The translations under genes and the position numbers were made by a program. A model generated the notes under the pieces. That model worked only from the letters and a program-made list of their open reading frames with translations. It was not told the DNA's origin and did not search any database. Shown here piece after piece: positions 25,813 through 34,825 of a stretch of 62,827 nucleotides of DNA. Every line of letters starts with the position of its first letter. Position 1 is the first letter of the stretch. The stretch is from an uncultured Candidatus Saccharibacteria bacterium (GTDB taxonomy: Bacteria > Patescibacteriota > Minisyncoccia > Phycocordibacterales > JAACPR01), in NCBI GenBank assembly GCA_964470825.1, contig CAYYEF010000001.1:10302-73128 (forward strand), given 5' to 3'.

Positions 25813-26430
25813 ATGTCATTTATTTCAAACTTATCATGGCGTTACGCTACAAAATTATTTGATCCGGCTAAAAAAGTTTCATCAGAAAATCTGGCAAAAA
25901 TTTTAGAGTCTATAAAACTAGCTCCAACATCATTTGGCTTACAACCATTTCATGTTATTAATGTTGTTGATTCTGCTAAAAGAGAAGAATTAAAAGCTCT
26001 TGCTTGGAATCAGTCTCAAGTAACAGATTCATCTCATTTTTTAGTATTTTGTGCTCGTAAAGATATAAAAGAAAGAATTGAAAAGTTTTTTGATTTGGCT
26101 ACTGGTGGTGATGAAAACGTTAAGGTTGCAATGTCTTCATACAAAGATATGATGCTTGGTTTTGAATCAAGTTTACTGCCCGAAGCTAAAATTCCATGGG
26201 CAACTCGTCAGGCATATATTGCTCTTAGTTTTGCTATGGCAGCATGTACTGAGTTGGAAATAGATTCTTGTCCTATGGAAGGTTTTGATTCAGCAGCCTT
26301 TAAATCATCTTTAGACTTACCTGAAAATATTACTCCTGTAGTTTGTCTTGCTGTGGGTTACAGAAGTTCTTCTGATACCGTTCGTCCAAAAATAAGATTC
26401 GACCTTTCTGATTTGGTTAGTGAAAAATAA
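25813..26430 (+). CDS. nitroreductase-family NAD(P)H oxidoreductase
   Basis: 205 aa. SWRYATKLFDP, APTSFGLQPFH and DSCPMEGFD are typical of the NfsB-like family. Confidence 0.8.
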   Translation: MSFISNLSWRYATKLFDPAKKVSSENLAKILESIKLAPTSFGLQPFHVINVVDSAKREELKALAWNQSQVTDSSHFLVFCARKDIKERIEKFFDLATGGDENVKVAMSSYKDMMLGFESSLLPEAKIPWATRQAYIALSFAMAACTELEIDSCPMEGFDSAAFKSSLDLPENITPVVCLAVGYRSSSDTVRPKIRFDLSDLVSEK

Positions 26431-26476
26431 AAAACTTTTAAATTTGCTAAAATTTAGTATAGTCTAATTTAACTAT

Positions 26477-27559
26477 ATGAGTTTTTGGCAAAAAATAACT
26501 GAGTATATTAAAAAAAATCAAGGCCACATTTCAACGGCAGCTCTTATTGTCGGTTTTATTATAGATAATCTAACTTTAAATAGGGTAGATCAGATCTATG
26601 ATAATGTCGTATTGATTTTCTATATTTTTTTGGCTGGATTGAGTATTTTAGCTTTTAATTTTGTTGAAGTTAGAAATCTTTCATCAAATTTGGCAACAAA
26701 AATAAAAATTTTTGCTCCTATTATCATCCAGTATTCTTTTGGAGGTCTGTTTAGTGCTTTCTTTGTTTTCTATTCAAGAAGCGGATCATTCGGTGCTAGT
26801 TGGCCTTTTATTGTACTTATAATTTTTCTTTTAATTTTAAATGAATTTCTAAAAGAAAAATATTCTCGATTGGTATATCAAGTAGGAACATATTTTTTTG
26901 TAGTTTTCTCATATATGATTTTTTTAGTCCCTGTTTTACTAAAAGAAATGGGGCAGTTGGTATTTATTTATAGTGGATTAATATCTTTAACTTTTATTTA
27001 CATCTTTACTATATTAATTCATCTATTAACTCAAAGAAAATATTTTAACTTCAATAAAAAAATGTGGGCCGCCATATTTTCAACTTACTTAATTATGAAT
27101 TTATTTTATTTTACTAATATTTTGCCACCACTCCCTTTATCCATGAAAGAATCGGGTGTTTTTAATTTAATTAAAAAAGATAATAATAATTATGTTTTAT
27201 ACCGTGAGCCAATAAATTTTGTTTCTAAATTCTTTAATAATACAATAGAAATAAATCCTGCCGCAGGTCTATATTATTTTAGTTCAGTTTTTGCACCAAC
27301 AAAACTAAACACTAGCATTATTCATGAGTGGCAATATTATGATCAGGTTTCTAAGAAATGGATTCAAACAACAAAAGTCTCTTTTACAATTTCAGGAGGC
27401 AGAAATACTGGTTATAGAGGATATTCTTTAAAACAAAATTTACAAGAAGGAAATTGGAGAGTTCTTACAAAAACTTCAAATGGGCAAATTATCGGAGAAG
27501 AGAAGTTCAAAGTTTTATTTACCGAAGAAAATTTAAATCTTAAGGAAGAGGTAAAATAA
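26477..27559 (+). CDS. polytopic membrane protein with a C-terminal beta-rich domain (possibly DUF2914-like)
   Basis: 360 aa with about 7 TM helices. The C-terminal IHEWQYYD...GYRGYS...GNWRV...G pattern recalls DUF2914. Low certainty. Confidence 0.5.
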   Translation: MSFWQKITEYIKKNQGHISTAALIVGFIIDNLTLNRVDQIYDNVVLIFYIFLAGLSILAFNFVEVRNLSSNLATKIKIFAPIIIQYSFGGLFSAFFVFYSRSGSFGASWPFIVLIIFLLILNEFLKEKYSRLVYQVGTYFFVVFSYMIFLVPVLLKEMGQLVFIYSGLISLTFIYIFTILIHLLTQRKYFNFNKKMWAAIFSTYLIMNLFYFTNILPPLPLSMKESGVFNLIKKDNNNYVLYREPINFVSKFFNNTIEINPAAGLYYFSSVFAPTKLNTSIIHEWQYYDQVSKKWIQTTKVSFTISGGRNTGYRGYSLKQNLQEGNWRVLTKTSNGQIIGEEKFKVLFTEENLNLKEEVK

Positions 27560-27645
27560 TATCCAAAAAACCAATCCAAGCCTTAATTCTAAAGGTTTTT
27601 TACATGTTTGTTTGAAGTATCTATATGTGGTTTAATTAAAAGTAT

Positions 27646-28353
27646 ATGAAAAGTATAAAACAAAAAGGGGACATCATGGTTCCAGTAGCTATAGTTATAG
27701 CGGCCGTAATAATTGCATTAGCAGTGGTTTTTACAAACAAAGGAGGAGTACAAGGTCCTCAAAATAATCCTGGTGTTGCTCAAGAAGAAAATAAAGAAAT
27801 AAAACTAGAACCAGTAACTGAAAAAGATCATATTAGAGGAAACATAAATGCTCCAATTAAAATTGTTGAGTTCTCTGATATCGAATGTCCTTTCTGTAAA
27901 AGATTCCATGAAACTATGAAGCAAGTTTCTGCAGAATATGGAGATAAAGTCGCATGGGTCTATAGACACTCACCATTAGTTCAGCTTCATCCAAAAGCAT
28001 TTAATCAGGCTCATGCTACAGAATGTGTCGCTGAACTTGGAGGTGAAGAGAAATTCTGGCAATATTTAGATATGCTTTATTCAAGAACCCCTTCAAATAA
28101 TCAGTTTGACCTAAATAATCTCGCTGTATATGCAGAAGAAATTGGAATTAATAAAGATGCTTTTAATGCATGTCAAACATCAATGAAATACAAAGATAAG
28201 ATTAATTCACAAATAGAACAGGCTTTTGCTGCAGGAGGACAAGGAACACCACATTCAATTATTATTGGAAAAGATGGTAGCTTAACTCCAATTCTAGGTG
28301 CTCAACCATTTGAATCTGTCAAAAGTTCAATAGACGGACTGCTTTCTAAATAA
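27646..28353 (+). CDS. membrane-anchored DsbA-like thiol:disulfide oxidoreductase
   Basis: N-terminal TM anchor and a thioredoxin fold with the CPFC active site (FSDIECPFCKRFH). Confidence 0.8.
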   Translation: MKSIKQKGDIMVPVAIVIAAVIIALAVVFTNKGGVQGPQNNPGVAQEENKEIKLEPVTEKDHIRGNINAPIKIVEFSDIECPFCKRFHETMKQVSAEYGDKVAWVYRHSPLVQLHPKAFNQAHATECVAELGGEEKFWQYLDMLYSRTPSNNQFDLNNLAVYAEEIGINKDAFNACQTSMKYKDKINSQIEQAFAAGGQGTPHSIIIGKDGSLTPILGAQPFESVKSSIDGLLSK

Positions 28354-28375
28354 TTGTTTGATATAATACCATCTA

Positions 28376-28552
28376 ATGGTATTAGAAAAGAAGATTGTAA
28401 ATATTAATTCGTCAGAACAATCAATAGAAGATAGTGCTGAAATAAAAGATAAATTAGAAAAAGCTCTTGTTGAGCAGAAAAAAGTGCGCAGAATGATAGA
28501 CCTATTCATTTTGGCACTTTTTTTGGTTTTTATGATGTTTGTGCTATCTTAA
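28376..28552 (+). CDS. small tail-anchored membrane protein (58 aa, below the ORF-track cutoff)
   Basis: My translation: MVLEKKIVNINSSEQSIEDSAEIKDKLEKALVEQKKVRRMIDLFILALFLVFMMFVLS. TGATATAAT at 28359-28367 lies 8 nt before the ATG. The ORF ends 16 nt before folD. Confidence 0.35.
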   Translation: MVLEKKIVNINSSEQSIEDSAEIKDKLEKALVEQKKVRRMIDLFILALFLVFMMFVLS

Positions 28553-28568
28553 TGTCTTAAAAATAAAA

Positions 28569-29411
28569 ATGATTATTTTAGATGGCCGAAAATTAAAAAA
28601 TGAAATTAGTTTATTTCTCAAAAAAGAAATAGATGGTTTGAGATTTTTAGGTAAAAAAACTCCAAAGCTTGTCATTATTCAGATCGGAGATATTTCTGCT
28701 TCCAATGTTTATATCAAACAAAAATTATCTTTTGCAGATAAAATAGGTGTTTTTGCAGAGTTGTTAAAATTTCCAGAAATTGTTTCTCAATCTGAAATTA
28801 TTAATAAAATATCCGAGCTTAATAATAATGATGATGTGCACGGTGTAATTGTTCAGCTTCCAGTTCCAAATAATCTTGATCAAACACAGATTCTAAATTC
28901 AATTGATGACAAAAAAGATATTGACGGTCTGGGTAGTATGAATCTTTCAAAATTAATAAGAAATGATTCTTCAGGTTTAGTGCCCGCTACTTCAAAAGGG
29001 ATAATCTCTTTGTTAAAAAGTTATGATTTAGGAATATCAAATAAAAATATTGTAGTTATTGGGAGATCTGTGTTAGTTGGAAAAACTCTATCACTTGCTC
29101 TAATTAATCAAGATGCGACCGTTACAGTTTGCCATTCTCATACTTTGGAACTTTCAAAGATAATAAAAAATGCCGATATTGTAATTTCTGCTGTTGGTAA
29201 GCCGGGTATTATTAATGATGGAAATGTTCATGAAAAACAAATTATTGTAGATGTTGGCATTTCAAAAAATGACAAAGGTGTTATTTGCGGAGATGTTTTT
29301 CTGGATAAAAAAACTGTTTATGCAGTTTCTCCAGTACCTGGAGGAGTGGGGCAGATGACTGTTGCTTCACTATTTCAAAACCTTTTAGAGGCATATAGAA
29401 ATCAGGAATAG
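28569..29411 (+). CDS. folD: bifunctional methylenetetrahydrofolate dehydrogenase/cyclohydrolase
   Basis: MIILDGRKL start (ATG 28569). LVIIQIGDISASNVYIKQK, VQLPVP, GRSVLVGK and VPGGVGQMTVA motifs. Confidence 0.9.
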   Translation: MIILDGRKLKNEISLFLKKEIDGLRFLGKKTPKLVIIQIGDISASNVYIKQKLSFADKIGVFAELLKFPEIVSQSEIINKISELNNNDDVHGVIVQLPVPNNLDQTQILNSIDDKKDIDGLGSMNLSKLIRNDSSGLVPATSKGIISLLKSYDLGISNKNIVVIGRSVLVGKTLSLALINQDATVTVCHSHTLELSKIIKNADIVISAVGKPGIINDGNVHEKQIIVDVGISKNDKGVICGDVFLDKKTVYAVSPVPGGVGQMTVASLFQNLLEAYRNQE

Positions 29412-29514
29412 TTTCTGGCTTTTACAAACACGTGTATAATAATACACGTAAGATGTATTTTCTTAATCAGTAAAGAAAATCATTCTTTAATTTTATTAGT
29501 TTATTAAAAAGTAT

Positions 29515-30318
29515 ATGAAAAAATTTTTTACAGATAACAAATATGCAGCAGCTTGGGGTATTTTCGGAATAATCGTCCTTTCTACAGTTGGCTCTTTATT
29601 TTTATTAGTTAAGACGATAGATCAAATAAAAAAGATCGGACAAAACGATAATCCTTATTACAATTCTGTAAGTATGAATGGTGTGGGAGAAGTTGTTGCA
29701 ATTCCAGATGTCGCTTCTTTTAACTTTGCAGTAAGTGAATCAGCTTTAAAAGTTGAAGATGCTCAAAAAGTTGCTACAGAAAAAATGAATAAAGCTCTTG
29801 ATTATTTGAAATCACAAGGAATTGAAGAGAGAGATATTAAAACTACTTCATATAATATAAATCCAAAATATGAATGGAAACAAGGAATTTGTAATGAAAA
29901 TTTCTGTGATTCAGGAAAAAGTGTTTTGGTTGGTTATGAGGTCAGTCAAAATGTTGATGTAAAAGTTCGTGATACAGCAAAAGCAGGGGAAATATTATCA
30001 GGTATTGGAACAATTGGTATTTCTAATGTAAGCAGCCTTCAATTTAAAGTTGATGATGATGAAGCTTTGAAAGCAGAAGCACGAACAAAAGCAATTGCTG
30101 ACGCAAAGAAAAAAGTTGAATCAGTTGCTAAGGATCTTGGAGTCAAAGTTGTTAGAGTAATAAGTTTCTATGAAGAAACTGAAAATCCTCCATATTACGG
30201 TGGTTATGGAATGGGAGGTGATATGATGGCTGAAAAAGCTGCGTCAGTTGCACCTCAACTACCAACGGGTGAAAATAAAATTACTTCACGAGTTAGTGTT
30301 ACTTTTGAAATAAAATAA
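29515..30318 (+). CDS. SIMPL/DUF541-family exported protein
   Basis: N-terminal TM/signal. The GYEVSQNVDVKVRD and A-rich helix KAEARTKAIADAKKKVESVAKDLG pattern of SIMPL proteins. Confidence 0.7.
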   Translation: MKKFFTDNKYAAAWGIFGIIVLSTVGSLFLLVKTIDQIKKIGQNDNPYYNSVSMNGVGEVVAIPDVASFNFAVSESALKVEDAQKVATEKMNKALDYLKSQGIEERDIKTTSYNINPKYEWKQGICNENFCDSGKSVLVGYEVSQNVDVKVRDTAKAGEILSGIGTIGISNVSSLQFKVDDDEALKAEARTKAIADAKKKVESVAKDLGVKVVRVISFYEETENPPYYGGYGMGGDMMAEKAASVAPQLPTGENKITSRVSVTFEIK

Positions 30319-30343
30319 AGCTAAAATACTTATTTCAAATTAA

Positions 30344-30372
30344 AAAAGCCCATTTCATAGGGGGCTTTTTTA
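30344..30372 (+). terminator. rho-independent terminator
   Basis: Stem AAAGCCC/GGGCTTT with loop ATTTCATAG, flanked by A and T runs. Confidence 0.7.
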
Positions 30373-30377
30373 ATGTA

Positions 30378-30407
30378 TTGACTTTATATAAATAAAAGTG
30401 GTATTAT
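30378..30407 (+). promoter_or_regulatory. sigma70-like promoter of secE-nusG (TTGACT, 18-nt spacer, TGgTATTAT)
   Basis: TTGACT at 30378-30383, TATTAT at 30402-30407 preceded by TGG. Confidence 0.55.
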
Positions 30408-30452
30408 ATTACCAACGTGCCCTTCGGGGCATTTTTAATTAATTTAAAAAAT

Positions 30453-30641
30453 ATGAGATTACTTGATTATATAAGAGATACAAAAGGAGAAATGAAGCAT
30501 GTGAGCTGGCCAACCAGAAGTCAGGCTTTCGGGTATACGATTATAGTTTTAGCTGTTTCAATTACTCTTGCATTATATCTTGGTTTCTTCGATTACATTT
30601 TTACTAATGTAGTTGATAAGTTTTTTGTTAATAATTTTTAA
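30453..30641 (+). CDS. secE: preprotein translocase subunit SecE
   Basis: 62 aa. KGEMKHVSWPTRSQ followed by one TM, immediately upstream of nusG. Start moved to ATG 30453. Confidence 0.75.
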   Translation: MRLLDYIRDTKGEMKHVSWPTRSQAFGYTIIVLAVSITLALYLGFFDYIFTNVVDKFFVNNF

Positions 30642-30652
30642 TTTTATCTAAG

Positions 30653-31198
30653 ATGTCAAAACAACAACCACAAAGAGAAAGGAATTGGTATGCCATCCAC
30701 ACTTATGCTGGATATGAAAATGCTGTTTCTAAAAACTTACAACAAAGAATCGAATCTCTAGGAATGGAAGATAGAATTTTTAATGTTGTAGTTCCAACTG
30801 AAAAGAAAATTAAGATTAAAAATGGAAAAAGGGTAGAAACTGAAGAAAAAATTTATCCTGGTTACGTTATGGTAGACATGATTGTAACAGATGATTCTTG
30901 GTACGTAGTTCGAAACACCCCTCGTGTTACAGGATTCGTCGGTTCAGGTGTTTATCCAGTTCCATTATCAAAGAAAGAGATAGATGATTTATTTAGTCGA
31001 ATGAATTCAGATACTACAAAGCATAAGATTGATTTAATGGTTGGAGATTTGGTTGCTGTTGCTGAAGGTCCTTTCAAAGATCTAGAGGGTAAAGTAGAAG
31101 AAGTAGATGAAGATCGTGGAAAAATTAGAGTAAATGTTTCTATGTTCGGTCGAGAAACACCAGTCGAACTAGACTTTTTACAAGTTAAGAAAATTTAA
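30653..31198 (+). CDS. nusG: transcription termination/antitermination factor NusG
   Basis: NGN domain NWYAIHTYAGYEN and KOW motif GDLVAVAEGPFKDLEGKVEEVD. Confidence 0.9.
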   Translation: MSKQQPQRERNWYAIHTYAGYENAVSKNLQQRIESLGMEDRIFNVVVPTEKKIKIKNGKRVETEEKIYPGYVMVDMIVTDDSWYVVRNTPRVTGFVGSGVYPVPLSKKEIDDLFSRMNSDTTKHKIDLMVGDLVAVAEGPFKDLEGKVEEVDEDRGKIRVNVSMFGRETPVELDFLQVKKI

Positions 31199-31280
31199 TT
31201 AAAAGTTGAAATTCCTATTAAATCGTGTAATATAGCTAGCACTGTTACGCGCTTCAAAGTAAATAATATTTAATAAAAAT

Positions 31281-31703
31281 ATGGCAAAGAAAATAAAGAA
31301 AGTAATAAAAGTTCAAGCCAAAGGGGGAGCCGCAACTCCTGCGCCACCTTTAGGTCCAGTTTTGGGTCAGGCCGGAATTAACATTGGTGAATTTATTAAC
31401 CAATTTAATGGTGGAACTCAAGACCGAAGAGGAGAAATTGTACCTTGTGTTATCACAGTGTACGAAGATAGAACTTTCTCTCTTCAATTCAAAACTTCTC
31501 CAGCATCACAACTTATTCTAAAAGCACTAGGAAAAGAATCAGGTTCAGGATCAAATTTAACTAAAAAAGTTGGTTCTCTGAACAAGGCCCAAATTCGTGA
31601 AATTGCTGAAAAGAAAATGAGTGATCTAAATGCAAATACTATCGAAGCAGCAATGAAAATTATCGAAGGAACTTGCAGATCAATGGGGGTAGAAGTTAAA
31701 TAA
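31281..31703 (+). CDS. rplK: 50S ribosomal protein L11
   Basis: [25 protein letters not shown] and the remainder are typical of L11. 140 aa. Confidence 0.95.
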   Translation: MAKKIKKVIKVQAKGGAATPAPPLGPVLGQAGINIGEFINQFNGGTQDRRGEIVPCVITVYEDRTFSLQFKTSPASQLILKALGKESGSGSNLTKKVGSLNKAQIREIAEKKMSDLNANTIEAAMKIIEGTCRSMGVEVK

Positions 31704-31706
31704 AAT

Positions 31707-31806
31707 AAAAAACACTTTTCTCAATCTTGTCCTCGTCGTTGTATATTAAGTAACTTAATTGAAACTTAGTAACTTCTGCGAGGAGATTTCGAAAAGTGTT
31801 TTTTTA
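31707..31806. terminator. long imperfect hairpin / bidirectional terminator between rplK and convergent folA
   Basis: AAAAACACTTTTC...TCCTCG...CGAGGA...GAAAAGTGTTTTTT: outer and inner stems flanked by A and T runs. Confidence 0.6.
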
Positions 31807-31808
31807 TT

Positions 31809-32369
31809 TTATTTTTCTAATACAACAAATTCGTAAGTAAAATTATCGTCTTGTGATTTTCGGCTGGAAATTATTTTTGAAAAACCAGAGGATTCATAAT
31901 TTGGAAATTTTTTAGAATAATTTACGTTCGCATCGACTAAAGTTAAGTAAAGTCTGTCCGCATAGGGAATGGCTAATTCATAAATTTGAGAACCACCAAT
32001 AATAAAAATTTCAGACTCTTTATTTTGTTCTTCACAAAAAGCCTTATTCTCATTTTCTATTTTTTTTGCCAAATCAATAGATTCACTAAGAGAAGTGACA
32101 ATTGAAACTTTATCTGAAATCTCTGGTGAAACCTGGTAGTTTTCTTGTCTTGTTATGATAATATGATGTCTTCCTGGTAATGGTTTTCCTTTGAATTCCT
32201 CCCAAGTGCTTCTGCCCATAATAATTGGGTGACCCATAGTTTTTTCTTTGAAGAATTTAAAGTCTTCGGGAATATGCCAAGGTAGACCACCTTGTTCTTT
32301 GCCTATGGTGCGACTTTGCCGATCAATGGCTGAAATTAGACTTACTGTAATTTTTTTATTTGTGTTCAT
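31809..32369 (-). CDS. folA: dihydrofolate reductase
   Basis: ISLISAID...GLPWHIPEDFKFFKEKTMGHPIIMGRSTWE...GRHHIIITR...IFIIGGSQIY. Confidence 0.85.
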   Translation of the reverse strand: MNTNKKITVSLISAIDRQSRTIGKEQGGLPWHIPEDFKFFKEKTMGHPIIMGRSTWEEFKGKPLPGRHHIIITRQENYQVSPEISDKVSIVTSLSESIDLAKKIENENKAFCEEQNKESEIFIIGGSQIYELAIPYADRLYLTLVDANVNYSKKFPNYESSGFSKIISSRKSQDDNFTYEFVVLEK

Positions 32370-32435
32370 GTCTTGAAAATTTATAGCAAATTATGATTAT
32401 TTTAACAATTAAAGACGGTCGTGTATAATTTAAAT

Positions 32436-32933
32436 ATGAATGAAATAAATACGCATGTAAGACCTTCTTGGGATGAATATTTTATGAATATTGCAAAAAC
32501 TATTGGAACAAGAGGAACTTGTGATCGTGGTAGGGTTGGTAGTGTTATTGTTAAAGATAAAAAAATAATTTCTACTGGTTATGTGGGTTCTCCTTCAGGT
32601 TGTAAACACTGTGATGAAATTGGACACGAAATGCACACTGTAGATTATGGAGAAGGCGAGATTCATCGTCATTGTGTTCGTACCGCTCACGCTGAAACAA
32701 ATGCAATTATTCAAGCTGCTCGTTTTGGAATAAGTACAGACGGGGGAACTTTGTACTGTATGATGGTTCCTTGTTATGCTTGTGCAAAAAATATTATTAA
32801 TGCAGGAATAAAAAGAGTCGTTTGTGAAAAAGATTATCACGGAGGAAAACGTTCAAAAGAAATTTTTTCTGAAGCTGGAGTGGAGATTGTTCTATTAATA
32901 GATGAATTAATGCAGTATGCAGATCAAAAATAA
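32436..32933 (+). CDS. dCMP deaminase
   Basis: Zinc motifs HAETNAI and PCYACAK. Start set to ATG 32436, because TGTATAAT (32422-32429) lies 6 nt upstream. The GTG at 32421 is inside that promoter. Confidence 0.85.
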   Translation: MNEINTHVRPSWDEYFMNIAKTIGTRGTCDRGRVGSVIVKDKKIISTGYVGSPSGCKHCDEIGHEMHTVDYGEGEIHRHCVRTAHAETNAIIQAARFGISTDGGTLYCMMVPCYACAKNIINAGIKRVVCEKDYHGGKRSKEIFSEAGVEIVLLIDELMQYADQK

Positions 32934-32936
32934 CTT

Positions 32937-33494
32937 ATGAAAAATAAAATAATCATTGCCTTAACCGGTCAAATTGCTTCAGGTAAAGATGTCACAAAAA
33001 AATATTTAACTGAAAAATATGGTGCTCAAAGTGTAAAATTCTCACAGATTTTAAGAGATGTTTTGAATAGATTAAACATCTCTGTTGAAAGAAAAACCAT
33101 GCAAGATTTATCTACAGTTTTACGACAAACTTTTGGTGAAGATCTACTGGCTAGAAACATTGCAGAAGATGCTAAAAAATTAGAAGCGGATATTGTAATT
33201 TTAGATGGAGTTCGTAGACCTGCTGATATTTTACACGCTCAGAAATTAGAAGGTTTTGTTTTGGTAAGAGTAGAAGCGTCTCCAGAATTACGATATGAGC
33301 GCATGAAATTAAGAAATGAAAACGTGGGAGATGCAGAAAAAACCTTTGAAGAATTTTTAGCTGATCATGAATCAGAGGCTGATAAAGAAGTTCCTGTAAT
33401 CATGTCTCAAGCCACAGAAACTCTTGATAATAATGGAACTTTTGATGATTTATATAAACAAATCGAAGAACTTATTTTAAGATTAAAAAACTAA
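32937..33494 (+). CDS. P-loop nucleotide kinase-like protein (possibly dNMP kinase-like)
   Basis: 185 aa. P-loop LTGQIASGKD and DGVRRPADI. The SGKD P-loop recalls phage T4 gp1-type dNMP kinases (recollection only). Sits in a dTTP-synthesis context. Confidence 0.5.
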   Translation: MKNKIIIALTGQIASGKDVTKKYLTEKYGAQSVKFSQILRDVLNRLNISVERKTMQDLSTVLRQTFGEDLLARNIAEDAKKLEADIVILDGVRRPADILHAQKLEGFVLVRVEASPELRYERMKLRNENVGDAEKTFEEFLADHESEADKEVPVIMSQATETLDNNGTFDDLYKQIEELILRLKN

Positions 33495-33522
33495 TTTATT
33501 CAATAAATAATCAGTAAATAAA

Positions 33523-33554
33523 AAACACCCGACATTTCTGAAGGGTGTTTTGTT
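33523..33554. terminator. bidirectional terminator between the kinase gene and convergent thyA
   Basis: Stem AACACCC/GGGTGTT with loop GACATTTCTGAA, flanked by A and T runs. Confidence 0.7.
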
Positions 33555-33559
33555 TAAAC

Positions 33560-34501
33560 TTACACTGCGATCGGCGCCTTGATACCAGGATGCGAATCGT
33601 AATCCAGAAGCTCGATGTCTTCTTTTTTGAAATCAAATATGTTCTTGATTTCAGGATTAAGTCTCACTTTCGGAGAAGGGCCTTTTGAGTCACGACCAAG
33701 TTGCTCGTTCACTTGCTCAAAGTGATTTTTATAAAGGTGAGTGTCGCCACCAACCCAAACAAATTCGCCAGGCTCATGTCCTGTCACTTGTGCCACCATC
33801 ATCAACAACAAAGCGTAGGATGCAATATTGAAGGGAACACCAAGGAAGGTGTCGCAACTGCGTTGGTATAATTGCAAATGAAGTTTTCCTCCAAGCACTT
33901 TGAATTGGAACAGACAATGACATGGAGGCAATCCAGAGATCGCCATTTCTTCAATATCTGCAGGATTCCAAGCAGACACAATTAGTCTCCTTGAATTAGG
34001 AGATTTTTTAATGTCCTCAATTACTCCTGCCAACTGATCGATTGATCCACCTTTGGGATTTGGCCAACTTCTCCATTGATATCCATAAACCGGACCAAGG
34101 TTTCCATATTCATTTGCGAAATTTTCATCGCTCAGAATTTTTTCATTGAAAACCTTGATCTGTTCTTCCCATTCAGGACTGTTTGGTTTTGGAACAGGGA
34201 GGTTGTTGGCCTGACAATAGTGTTTGAAAGGCCAGTCATCCCAGATGTGGTTATTGCTTTGGAGTAAAGTTTTCAGCTTTGTGTCTCCGGCAATAAACCA
34301 CAAAAGTTCAGAAACAATCAATCCAAATGGAACCTTCTTTGTGGTTAGTAGAGGAAAACCCTGTGAAAGGTCAAACCTCATTTGGTGACCAAAAACCGCT
34401 CTGGTGCCCGTACCGGTTCTATCATCGGTATCAGTTCCTGTTTGCATAATACGTTCAAGCAGAGCGTGATATGTTGCATCATGTGTGTTTAATGTTTTCA
34501 T
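33560..34501 (-). CDS. thyA: thymidylate synthase ThyA (long form with internal insertion)
   Basis: [27 protein letters not shown] (catalytic Cys), [18 protein letters not shown] and GDTHLY. Start set to ATG 34501. The TTG at 34552 is part of a TTGACT box. Confidence 0.9.
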   Translation of the reverse strand: MKTLNTHDATYHALLERIMQTGTDTDDRTGTGTRAVFGHQMRFDLSQGFPLLTTKKVPFGLIVSELLWFIAGDTKLKTLLQSNNHIWDDWPFKHYCQANNLPVPKPNSPEWEEQIKVFNEKILSDENFANEYGNLGPVYGYQWRSWPNPKGGSIDQLAGVIEDIKKSPNSRRLIVSAWNPADIEEMAISGLPPCHCLFQFKVLGGKLHLQLYQRSCDTFLGVPFNIASYALLLMMVAQVTGHEPGEFVWVGGDTHLYKNHFEQVNEQLGRDSKGPSPKVRLNPEIKNIFDFKKEDIELLDYDSHPGIKAPIAV

Positions 34502-34562
34502 GGTTCTATTGTATCTGATTTTGTTTTTAACGCTAATCACAGATAAAGTCAATTAATAAAAT

Positions 34563-34598
34563 AAAAAACAGTTCTAAATATTTAGAACTGTCGTTTTT
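34563..34598. terminator. perfect 24-nt palindrome flanked by A and T runs (bidirectional terminator geometry)
   Basis: ACAGTTCTAAATATTTAGAACTGT (34568-34591), with AAAAAA on the left and TTTTT on the right. Confidence 0.7.
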
Positions 34599-34743
34599 CG
34601 ATAATTACTTTTTTGGGTTTTGAACAAAAATTATTCCATGCCATATAGCAAAAAGGGTGCATGGGTTTAATGATTGTTATTGGACCACAAGACCCAAAAC
34701 AAACCTCGATATGAATGAATAAAGATGTGATGCAGGTTTTCAT
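34582..34743 (-). CDS. candidate Cys-rich small protein (53 aa, below the ORF-track cutoff)
   Basis: My translation of the minus strand: MKTCITSLFIHIEVCFGSCGPITIIKPMHPFCYMAWNNFCSKPKKVIIEKRQF. The stop codon lies inside the palindromic terminator. Possible promoter TTGACG-17-TAGGGT upstream. No SD. Could instead be a structured RNA. Confidence 0.3.
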   Translation of the reverse strand: MKTCITSLFIHIEVCFGSCGPITIIKPMHPFCYMAWNNFCSKPKKVIIEKRQF

Positions 34744-34825
34744 AAAGTTCAACTTTTATCACCCTACATATTAAATTAAATAACGTCAAATTTTATTAAG
34801 TTCGGGACTTTGATAAAATGAAAAC

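Noticed and set aside
28327-28509. Minus-strand 60-aa ORF between the DsbA-like gene and folD.
   Set aside because: It overlaps the 3' end of the DsbA-like gene and is antisense to a plus-strand 58-codon ORF that has a promoter box and a clear amphipathic-plus-TM design.
29430-29449. 20-nt near-perfect palindrome ACGTGTATAATAATACACGT after folD.
   Set aside because: Most simply it is the folD terminator-like hairpin, overlapping a TGTATAAT -10 element for the next gene. There is no T run and no second copy seen, so it is not reported as a regulatory site.
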